From positions 4,141-68,140 of the forward strand of contig VMFR01000005.1 of assembly GCA_007376135.1 (NCBI GenBank): 64,000 nt of DNA, given 5' to 3'. Source of the DNA: Parcubacteria group bacterium Gr01-1014_31. GTDB lineage: Bacteria > Patescibacteriota > Patescibacteriia > Buchananbacterales > GWA2-38-13. The notes under the pieces were generated by a model. That model was given only the letters and a program-made list of their open reading frames with translations. It was not told the DNA's origin and did not search any database. Shown in pieces: positions 9,398 to 16,487 of the stretch (position 1 is the first letter of the stretch; every line of letters starts with the position of its first letter). The position numbers and the translations under genes are program-made.

Positions 9398-9946
9398 TCA
9401 CGGTGTGGGACGCACCAACGGGGAGAATTTCTGACGCAGCTTGGCTAATTTCGGCGAGATGACGAACTGACAGTAGGGCTTATCCATATTATTCGCGTAA
9501 TACCTCATATGGTGATCCTCGGCCGGATAGAAGGTGGCGTACGGCGCAACCTCGGTCACGATGGGCCGCGGGTATACTTCTTCCGCACGCAAGTGCTCCA
9601 GGAACCGTTCAACGTCGCGCAGCTGTTCATCATCCGTGTACAGCACTACGGAGCGGTACTGCTCGCCGAAGTCGTTACCCTGCTGGTTTCTGGTCGTCGG
9701 GTCGTGCAATGCGAAAAATACCTCCAGCAGCTCCCGAAACGAAATGACGGCGGGGTCGAACTCGATCCGAACCACTTCCGCGTGCCCCGTGCCGCCCGCG
9801 CAGACCTGCTCATACGTCGGCTGCTTGGTTCTGCCGCCCGCGTAGCCCGGGGTCACCGCCGTCACTCCGCGCAGGCTGGCAAAGATCGCCTCCGTACACC
9901 AAAAGCAGCCGCCACCGAAGACCGCAAATTCACTTTTGCGCGCCAT
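9398..9946 (-). CDS. msrA: Peptide methionine (S)-sulfoxide reductase MsrA
   Basis: [13 protein letters not shown] active-site motif. Confidence 0.85.
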   Translation of the reverse strand: MARKSEFAVFGGGCFWCTEAIFASLRGVTAVTPGYAGGRTKQPTYEQVCAGGTGHAEVVRIEFDPAVISFRELLEVFFALHDPTTRNQQGNDFGEQYRSVVLYTDDEQLRDVERFLEHLRAEEVYPRPIVTEVAPYATFYPAEDHHMRYYANNMDKPYCQFVISPKLAKLRQKFSPLVRPTP

Positions 9947-10307
9947 GCGGTTGAGAAACAAATGTTATGGACAACGAATTGACACAATGGCGGGTGTTCT
10001 TCGGGGTCATTCCCTCGCCCTCGAAGACATGGCCCAAATGGCCGCCGCACCGCGCGCAGGTGATCTCGGTCCGCAGGCCGTCGGCATCCAGCGTCCGCTG
10101 CACGGCGCCCGGAAAATGGTCGTCAAAACTGGGCCAGCCGCAGCCGGCATCGAACTTCGCCTCGGACGTGAACAGCGGATTGCCACACCGCCGGCAAACG
10201 TACGTGCCGGGCTCGAAGAACGCGTCGTACGTGCCCGAGAACGGCCGCTCCGTGCCCTTGCCCACGATCACGGCTTCCTCCTCCGGGGTCAACGGATTGA
10301 ATTGCAT
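9930..10307 (-). CDS. msrB: Peptide methionine (R)-sulfoxide reductase MsrB
   Basis: CxxC...CxxC zinc site ([21 protein letters not shown]) and a catalytic RHCVNS-like C-terminus. Precedes msrA as an msrB-msrA operon. Confidence 0.8.
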   Translation of the reverse strand: MQFNPLTPEEEAVIVGKGTERPFSGTYDAFFEPGTYVCRRCGNPLFTSEAKFDAGCGWPSFDDHFPGAVQRTLDADGLRTEITCARCGGHLGHVFEGEGMTPKNTRHCVNSLSITFVSQPHGAQK

Positions 10308-10504
10308 AGACGAGTATGATTATTATAACGAATCTGATACGGCGGCCACAAGGACCGCCCTGATGCCCATCCCCACACTCTGGGAGCAACTCCGCACGAC
10401 CACCGGTCCGCCGGTGTGCGCCGTTGCCGCTGTGTGTGGCTGATGGTAGAATATGCCGTATACCGTTCTTTCCGAAGTGATTAGTCTCTAACCGACAAAT
10501 CCGT

Positions 10505-12298
10505 ATGAAAAAAATATCCGTCGCGTTCATGACGCTGGCCCTGGCCGCCAGCACCCTCGCGCCGCTCGGCGGCGTCCAGCCCGTCCTCGCCCAGAGTAAA
10601 CTGAGCGAAGGCACGGTCGTGAAGGTCAAAGGATCGACCTCTCTCTACTACATCGGTTCGGCCGGCAAACGCTACGTCTTCCCGAACGAGCAAACGTTCC
10701 TCAGCTGGTACGATGACTTCTCCGGCGTCGTCGAGGCCAACCCGCAGGACGTCGCGCCGTTGCTGATCGGCGGCAACGTCCGCTACAAGCCGGGCGCGCT
10801 CCTCATCAAGATCGAGAGCGACCCGAAGGTCTACGCGGTCTCATCCAACGGCGTCATCCGCTGGGTCAAGACTGAAACGCTTGCCAAACAATTGTACGGC
10901 GACAAGTGGAACCTGCTGGTCGATGACGTACCCGTCGCGTTCTTCGCCAACTACAACGTCGGCACCGCTATCGAGAGCGCCGCTGAATTCGACCCGGAGG
11001 GCGAGGAAACCGTCACCCTCACCATCAGCGACAGTTTCCGTGCACGAATAGTCGCCAAGCAGGTGAGTAAAAACCTGGAGGAGTGCGAAAAGGCGGAAAA
11101 CCAGCTCGCCAAGATCCAAAAGCGTCTGCGCAAGCGCGGTTTATCCGTTGATTCGGTCGTGGATGGCTTCATTCAGCGCTGCATCGCGTCCGCCATCCAG
11201 CCGCTTGGCCCGGGACAGCCGATTCCGGTCAATAATGATGACGATGATGATGATAACGACGGAAAGAAGGTGACCATCTGCCATATTCCGCCGGGCAACG
11301 CGTCAGCCAAAACCACCATCAGCATCGGCTGGGCGGCGTTAAAGGCCCACATCAAGCACGGTGACACCCTCGGCGCGTGCAGTGGGCAAACCCACGGCGA
11401 CACCACCGCGCCGGTCATCTCCGCTATCGTTACCACGCCGCACGCCACCTCGACCGACATCGGCTGGACGACCAATGAGCCCGCGACCAGCAAAGTGGTC
11501 TACGCGACCCAAACGCTCGCGACCGCCTCCAGCACGTTCGCCGTCGCCAACGGCAGCCTGGTCACCACGCATGCCGCGATGCTCCCCAACCTCACCCCGT
11601 CCACGCTCTACTACTTCCGCGTAGAATCGGCGGACGCCAAAGGGAACGTTGCGACCTCGACGGAGCAGACCTTCACCACCACGGCTGGCCCCGCGCCGGC
11701 CGACACCACAGCGCCGGTCATTTCGCAGCTTTCCGCCACGTCAACCAACCAGACCACCGCGTCGGTCACCTGGCAGACCAATGAAAACGCCACCGGCAAG
11801 GTCACCTATGCCACCCAGCCGTTGAGCACGGCCACCACGACGCAGATGGCCACGCACGCTGGCCTGATGACCAGCCACGCCATCAATCTGTCCGGTCTGA
11901 CCGCTTCCACGACCTACCACTTTCGCGTGGAATCGGCCGACGGCAGCGGCAACACGGCCACCTCCAGCGAGATGACCTTCACTACGAAGCCCGTCCCGCC
12001 GCCGGTGGACACAACCGCGCCCATCATTTCGGGCCTGACGGTCACCCCGCATGCCACGACCACCGTCGTTGCCTGGACAACGAACGAGGCCAGCACGAGC
12101 AAGGCGACGTTCGCCACGCAGACGCTGGTGACGGCGACCAGCAGCCAGATGGTGTTCAACGCTTCGCTCACGACCTCGCATTCGTTGACGCTTTCGAACC
12201 TTGCGACCTCAACCTTGTACTTTTTCCTCGTGACGTCTGCCGACGCCAGTGGCAACACGGCCACCAGCACGGAGACGACCTTCCTGACCCTGCCGTAG
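10505..12298 (+). CDS. Secreted protein with three tandem fibronectin-III-like domains after a poly-Asp linker
   Basis: Signal peptide MKKISVAFMTLALAASTLAPLGGVQPVLAQ. DDDDDDND linker. Three repeats of about 100 aa: TTAPVIS..W.TNE.ATSKV.YATQ.L..A......L.TSH...L..L..ST.Y.FRVESAD..GN.ATS.E.TFTT. Confidence 0.6.
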   Translation: MKKISVAFMTLALAASTLAPLGGVQPVLAQSKLSEGTVVKVKGSTSLYYIGSAGKRYVFPNEQTFLSWYDDFSGVVEANPQDVAPLLIGGNVRYKPGALLIKIESDPKVYAVSSNGVIRWVKTETLAKQLYGDKWNLLVDDVPVAFFANYNVGTAIESAAEFDPEGEETVTLTISDSFRARIVAKQVSKNLEECEKAENQLAKIQKRLRKRGLSVDSVVDGFIQRCIASAIQPLGPGQPIPVNNDDDDDDNDGKKVTICHIPPGNASAKTTISIGWAALKAHIKHGDTLGACSGQTHGDTTAPVISAIVTTPHATSTDIGWTTNEPATSKVVYATQTLATASSTFAVANGSLVTTHAAMLPNLTPSTLYYFRVESADAKGNVATSTEQTFTTTAGPAPADTTAPVISQLSATSTNQTTASVTWQTNENATGKVTYATQPLSTATTTQMATHAGLMTSHAINLSGLTASTTYHFRVESADGSGNTATSSEMTFTTKPVPPPVDTTAPIISGLTVTPHATTTVVAWTTNEASTSKATFATQTLVTATSSQMVFNASLTTSHSLTLSNLATSTLYFFLVTSADASGNTATSTETTFLTLP

Positions 12299-12316
12299 GG
12301 TCCCGCGAATGAGGAA

Positions 12317-12350
12317 CAAAACCGCCCCGCTTAAGCGGGGCGGTTTTGTT
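12317..12350. terminator. Bidirectional rho-independent terminator between convergent genes
   Basis: aaaaccgccccgcttaagcggggcggttttgtt. Confidence 0.7.
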
Positions 12351-12858
12351 ATTTGGAAACCTGGTAGTACAGCGGGGTGCCGTTCGGTCCGTTGCTGGAC
12401 GCCTGCAGCACGCCCGTGCCGGCATTGGGCGTGGGCGCGGTCAGCCCCGGCAGCGTGACCGTCTCTCTGGTGTTCTCAAAATTCGCGTACAGGACGCAGT
12501 GGCCGTCAGCGGTTGCCGTATAACGGTAGTTGGTCGCCGCATCCGTGCCGGTCTTGGGGTCTTTGGGCAGGTTGGTCAGCGCCGATGCGAATTGCGGGTA
12601 CTTGGTCCGCAACTCGGCGGCAACCTCCGCCAGGTCGTAATCGCCCGCTCCGGCATCGGGCAGATAGCACTCGCTGCTCATCAGCATCCGGCCCATCTGG
12701 CTCATGGTGTGCAGACGCTTGGTGTCCCGCGCCTTGCCCACGACGCCGCTGAGCGAAACGATGACCAGTGTCGCCAGTATCCCGACAATAGCTACGACGA
12801 CTAATAATTCAAGAAGGCTGAACCCGCTGCGAAAAGATCCTGTCCGCATACCCATCAA
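12349..12858 (-). CDS. Type IV pilin / pseudopilin with class III prepilin signal
   Basis: N-terminal RSGFSLLELLVVVAIVGILATLVI processing and methylation motif (G|FSLLE). Confidence 0.75.
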   Translation of the reverse strand: MMGMRTGSFRSGFSLLELLVVVAIVGILATLVIVSLSGVVGKARDTKRLHTMSQMGRMLMSSECYLPDAGAGDYDLAEVAAELRTKYPQFASALTNLPKDPKTGTDAATNYRYTATADGHCVLYANFENTRETVTLPGLTAPTPNAGTGVLQASSNGPNGTPLYYQVSK

Positions 12859-13170
12859 ACTATTCTACTATTCACCCCGTTAGAGATTCGCAAGTGAACG
12901 CTTGAGGCGATTCTTCAGATAACGTTTCCCCATGCCGGATTTGAGATACGTCTCGCGTGCCCGCGCATCATCTTCGTTCAGACACGCTTCGTAATACAGC
13001 AGCCGAAACTGGCCTCGATGTTTAGTTGATTGGACCGTTCGTTCATTATGGATCCTCAAGCGTTCACGCAGATCGCTCGTATAACCGGTGTACCAACGTT
13101 TGTCCTTCAAACTTTGTAGTACGTAAGTGTAGAACATGAATCTCTAACGGGGTGAGCGCGAATAGTACCA
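12859..13170. mobile_element. Small TIR-bounded element carrying a GIY-YIG endonuclease gene
   Basis: Left end ACTATTCTACTATTCACCCCGTTAGAGA (12859-12886). Right end TCTCTAACGGGGTGAGCGCGAATAGTACCA (13141-13170). This gives a 15-bp perfect inverted repeat plus an ACTATTC outer match, and the IR overlaps the gene's stop codon. Related copies lie at 13483-13516, 14877-14952 and 15589-15665. Confidence 0.6.
12880..13137 (-). CDS. GIY-YIG nuclease family protein, 85 aa
   Basis: YTYVLQSLKDKRWYTGYTSDLRERLRIHN is the GIY-YIG motif. Confidence 0.7.
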   Translation of the reverse strand: MFYTYVLQSLKDKRWYTGYTSDLRERLRIHNERTVQSTKHRGQFRLLYYEACLNEDDARARETYLKSGMGKRYLKNRLKRSLANL

Positions 13171-13194
13171 TTGAACGAAATCTGGTAAATACGG

Positions 13195-13455
13195 CTAGAG
13201 AAGGGAGAGCAACTGCTTGACGATAACATGCTGCTGCCGAGCCAGAGCGTAGCAAACCAGCAGACTCTGCTTCTCGTACTCAATAATGTCGGCGGCCGAA
13301 AGGACCCGCAAATGCTTGGAAGTTGCCTTGAACGAAAGGCGAATTGCTTCGGCAATATCGCCCACCGGAGCCCCGGGGTGGCGCTTTAAATACTGCAAAA
13401 TTGCCAGCCGGCGGCGGTTGGCAGTCGCTTTCATCAGTTTCTCCAGGTTCTTCAT
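13195..13455 (-). CDS. ArsR/SmtB family transcriptional regulator
   Basis: ANRRRLAILQYL...VGDIAEAIRLSFKATSKHLRVL winged HTH. Confidence 0.7.
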   Translation of the reverse strand: MKNLEKLMKATANRRRLAILQYLKRHPGAPVGDIAEAIRLSFKATSKHLRVLSAADIIEYEKQSLLVCYALARQQHVIVKQLLSLL

Positions 13456-13482
13456 GCTCCCAAGCTTATCACAAGTCCTGCA

Positions 13483-13516
13483 CCTATGGAACTATTCGCG
13501 CGAATAGTTCCATAGG
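13483..13516. repeat. Perfect 34-bp palindrome directly upstream of the arsR start; resembles two element termini joined head-to-head
   Basis: CCTATGGAACTATTCGCGCGAATAGTTCCATAGG. Each half matches the right terminus of the GIY-YIG element (GCGCGAATAGT[A/T]CCAT). Confidence 0.6.
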
Positions 13517-13527
13517 ATGAACGGGGT

Positions 13528-14862
13528 TTACAGCAGAGCGGACGGATGACGGCACTGCGCAAGGAACTCCCGCTGCACCTTTTTCCGTTCCAGCAGACCC
13601 ACCTCCCGGAGGAAGGCGGCATCCTGCGCCGACTGCTCGCGCAATTTTTTGTCCAGCACGATAACCTGCTCATTCACCTGCAGCGCCAGGTCGTTGAGCC
13701 CGACCAACTTGATGCCGGCCAGCGTTCGCACGCGCGAGAGCGCCACGTACCCCATCCCGTATTCGAAGGTCTTTCCCAGGTCTATTTCGGCGCAATCCAG
13801 GCTCATACCCTGGCTCTTGTGCACGGTAATGGCCCACGCCAGCCGAAGTGGTATTTGGATGATGGACGCCAGGACCTTGCCGTCGTCCTCAATTGCCCAC
13901 GTTTCCGTCTGGGCTTTTATCTCCTCCCCGCTCAGCGTGGTAACCATAGGAAAACCGTCGTCCTCGTCAAACCCCGTCACGGTGCCGATGGTGCCGTTCA
14001 CGTAGCCCCGGTTGAAATTGTTCCGGATGAACATCACCACCGCCCCGACCTTCAGCGGCAGCTCCTGGTGGGCCAAGCAACCCCGCTGCAGCTCTTCTAC
14101 AAGGTGCGGGATGCCAATCGCTCGCATCGTGAACACTTTTTCCTCGCCGGGCAGTTTGTCGAGTTGCGTGAGATTGTACGCGTCCACGTCCGAATTGTGC
14201 GTGTACAGCAGCGTCGGCCGCACGATGCCGGCAACGGGCTGGTGCAGGCGTTCGCGCAGAATGTCGCGCGTCTCATCGGACACCCGGTTTTCTCGGATAT
14301 CGTTGAGTACGCGCAAAAACCGCTCATCGGCCTGCCGGTACTGCTCTTCCAGATAGCACACGGCAACGTCGGCGTTCTGCCAAGCTGCCGACTCGACGGC
14401 AAACCGGGGATCCTGGCCGTCGCGGGGCACGGGCGGCAGCTGGAAAAAATCTCCGCAGAACACTATCTGCAAACCGCCGAACGGCCGCAGGTCCTGCCGT
14501 ATAGATTTGCAGATGAGGTCCACCAGGTCCAACCGCTTGGCGTTCAGCATGGAAATTTCGTCGATGACCAAAACGCTGGCATAGTGCACGCGCGGCCACA
14601 GCTGCTCTTTTTCCAGCACCCTTTTCAGCTGCGCGTCGTTCAGCGTTTCGTGGATGCCCATACCGATCCATGAGTGGATGGTTCGGCCGTTCAAGTGCGT
14701 CGCGGCAATGCCGGTCGGCGCGGTGACCCCGACGTTGACCTTGTGTTTCAGAAGATACTCGATGTACCGGTTCAGCAAAAAAGTCTTGCCGCTCCCCGCC
14801 GGGCCGGTGAGAAAGACATTCCTGCCCGTCTTGAGCATTTCGTACGCCTCAAACCGCCGCAT
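13528..14862 (-). CDS. PIF1/RecD-like ATP-dependent DNA helicase
   Basis: Walker A GPAGSGKT, DEISML, and the FCGDFFQLPPV motif of the Pif1 family. Confidence 0.75.
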   Translation of the reverse strand: MRRFEAYEMLKTGRNVFLTGPAGSGKTFLLNRYIEYLLKHKVNVGVTAPTGIAATHLNGRTIHSWIGMGIHETLNDAQLKRVLEKEQLWPRVHYASVLVIDEISMLNAKRLDLVDLICKSIRQDLRPFGGLQIVFCGDFFQLPPVPRDGQDPRFAVESAAWQNADVAVCYLEEQYRQADERFLRVLNDIRENRVSDETRDILRERLHQPVAGIVRPTLLYTHNSDVDAYNLTQLDKLPGEEKVFTMRAIGIPHLVEELQRGCLAHQELPLKVGAVVMFIRNNFNRGYVNGTIGTVTGFDEDDGFPMVTTLSGEEIKAQTETWAIEDDGKVLASIIQIPLRLAWAITVHKSQGMSLDCAEIDLGKTFEYGMGYVALSRVRTLAGIKLVGLNDLALQVNEQVIVLDKKLREQSAQDAAFLREVGLLERKKVQREFLAQCRHPSALL

Positions 14863-14876
14863 AACATCAAAATACG

Positions 14877-14952
14877 ACTATTCTACTAATTTACCCCGCT
14901 AAAAGCGGGGTTCGCTCTCACCCCGCCAACGGCGGGGTAAATAGTACCATGG
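14877..14952. mobile_element. Gene-less (MITE-like) copy of the GIY-YIG element family
   Basis: ACTATTCTACTAATTTACCCCGCTAAAAGCGGGGTTCGCTCTCACCCCGCCAACGGCGGGGTAAATAGTACCATGG. Same termini as the 12859-13170 element, with two internal CCCCGC/GCGGGG hairpins. Confidence 0.5.
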
Positions 14953-14959
14953 TGGGTTT

Positions 14960-15160
14960 TTAGGGTTTGGGGTGAGTGTGCTGCACGCGGCCGACCACAC
15001 CGCTCTGCAAGCGGACCTTGATGCCGTGCGGATGGGTCGCGGAACTGGTCAAAATCTCCTGCACGATGCCGCGGGTCAGTTTCCCCGTCCGCTGGTCTTC
15101 TTTTTGGATAATGTCCACCTCCAAGCCTTCGACAATGTCTTCCCTATTTGGCACGGTCAT
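14960..15160 (-). CDS. YwbE (DUF2196) family small protein
   Basis: GLEVDIIQKEDQRTGKLTRGIVQEILTSSATHPHGIKVRL closely matches YwbE. Confidence 0.65.
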   Translation of the reverse strand: MTVPNREDIVEGLEVDIIQKEDQRTGKLTRGIVQEILTSSATHPHGIKVRLQSGVVGRVQHTHPKP

Positions 15161-15408
15161 ATTTTTCTAAAGAATCTAGAACGCTCAACAATATAGGCGG
15201 CAAGTTCTGGCTTGGTAAGACTTTCACCTAATTTTCTCTTGATCCTCAACCCAATCTGACGTATACGCTCCCTTGTTACACCCATTTCCTCACCGACTTC
15301 CTGGAGCGTCTTCCCTTCAAGTCGCAGGCTTAGGATTTTCTTTTCGCGAGGAGTGAGAAAATCTTCCTGCATTATCTTTTGCAAAACCGTGCTGTACTGC
15401 TGGGGCAT
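15157..15408 (-). CDS. Sigma-70 region-4-like HTH protein (small LuxR/sigma-factor C-terminal domain protein)
   Basis: [43 protein letters not shown]. Confidence 0.55.
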   Translation of the reverse strand: MPQQYSTVLQKIMQEDFLTPREKKILSLRLEGKTLQEVGEEMGVTRERIRQIGLRIKRKLGESLTKPELAAYIVERSRFFRKI

Positions 15409-15459
15409 AACTGTACTTATTTCTCCGTCATTGATGTGAGAAATACTGAATATAATTTA

Positions 15460-15531
15460 CGCCCTCGGCAGGACTTGAACCTGCAAATCCTCGTTAGAAC
15501 CGAGGCAGTTTATCCGTTAGCTTACGAGGGC
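15460..15531 (-). tRNA. tRNA-Arg (anticodon TCT)
   Basis: Hand-folded from sequence. Acceptor GCCCTCG/CGAGGGC. Anticodon stem CCTCG/CGAGG with loop GTTCTAA. T-arm GCAGG-TTCAAGT-CCTGC. Discriminator G. No CCA encoded. Confidence 0.75.
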
Positions 15532-15588
15532 ATGATTCCGACCCAGCACTGCCCCCTTCTCTTCTGCGGTGTAAACATAATCCCTGGA

Positions 15589-15665
15589 AACTATTCCCCT
15601 ATTTACCCCGCTGATAAGCGGGGTTCGCGCTTGACCCGCCGTTGGTAGTGGCGAATTAGAGAATG
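15589..15665. repeat. Degenerate copy of the TIR element family
   Basis: ACTATTCCCCTATTTACCCCGCTGATAAGCGGGGTTCGCGCTTGACCCGCCGTTGGTAGTGGCGAATTAGAG aligns with the 14877-14952 copy. Confidence 0.45.
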
Positions 15666-15673
15666 GGTTGAGT

Positions 15674-16474
15674 TTAGTAGAAGGTCATGTCGGGGTCGAA
15701 CTGACGGAGTTTCTTTGGCATGACGTCGTCGAGGTGATCCAGATCTTCGGGTACCAGCTCGATGAGCGGCAGTTTATATTTTGCGTACAGCGCTTGTTTG
15801 ATCGCCTTGCGCTTCAAGTAATCGGGCTTATCGTTCATGCCCCAAAATTCCACATACACACCCATCCGTTTCGTCGGCAACGGGATCAAAAAATCACACA
15901 CCAACGGTTCGGCCACCGGCACCCGTCGCTCATACCCATGCGGAATCAAATTGTGGTACAGCCAGTTGTCGATCGTTACCTCGGCGAAACTCCGAACATA
16001 GTGGCCGTCATCGGTGAATTTTTCGGGGTGGAACTCGTCACTGAAACGGAAATCGTGCTCCCAGGAGGTTTCGACATGATACTTCCCAAACGTCCGTTCG
16101 ACGGCCGCAACTTCCGCTGGCGTAAGCACCACCGGCGGGTAGTAACCTGTTTTCACTTTCTGAAAATTCAGCGCGCCTTTCAGCTGGAGACGGGTTAGTT
16201 GATAACGCCGGATTTTCCAAATCACACGCACCTGCTGCGAAAATTTTCCACCCCACGCCTCTGGAACTATATTGCCCTGCACCGTACCCAGCGCACGGAA
16301 CGTGCCGAACAGCCGCTCGGACATCAAATTGTACAGGTAGACAAAATCACCCTCGAGCAACTCCGCTAGCTGTTTCGCATGGATTGGCTTCTCTCCAAAC
16401 AACATCCGCTGGAAACACTCGTCCTGTGTGACATTAGTACAACGGAAAATATAGCCTTTGGGTGTGGACGGCAT
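15674..16474 (-). CDS. DCD (PUA-like/EVE-related) domain protein with an uncharacterized C-terminal domain
   Basis: PKGYIFRCTNVTQDECFQRMLFGEKP matches the DCD-domain N-terminal signature. Begins 14 bp after the MmeI-like stop. AT-rich. Internal Met taken as the start. Confidence 0.5.
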   Translation of the reverse strand: MPSTPKGYIFRCTNVTQDECFQRMLFGEKPIHAKQLAELLEGDFVYLYNLMSERLFGTFRALGTVQGNIVPEAWGGKFSQQVRVIWKIRRYQLTRLQLKGALNFQKVKTGYYPPVVLTPAEVAAVERTFGKYHVETSWEHDFRFSDEFHPEKFTDDGHYVRSFAEVTIDNWLYHNLIPHGYERRVPVAEPLVCDFLIPLPTKRMGVYVEFWGMNDKPDYLKRKAIKQALYAKYKLPLIELVPEDLDHLDDVMPKKLRQFDPDMTFY

Positions 16475-16487
16475 AAAAACAGCAAAA

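Noticed and set aside
15532-15673. Considered whether the island is a classical integrase-mediated tRNA insertion
   Set aside because: The island lies on the 5' side of tRNA-Arg, not the usual 3' side. No duplicated tRNA 3' segment or integrase is present. It is treated as an island of unknown insertion mechanism.
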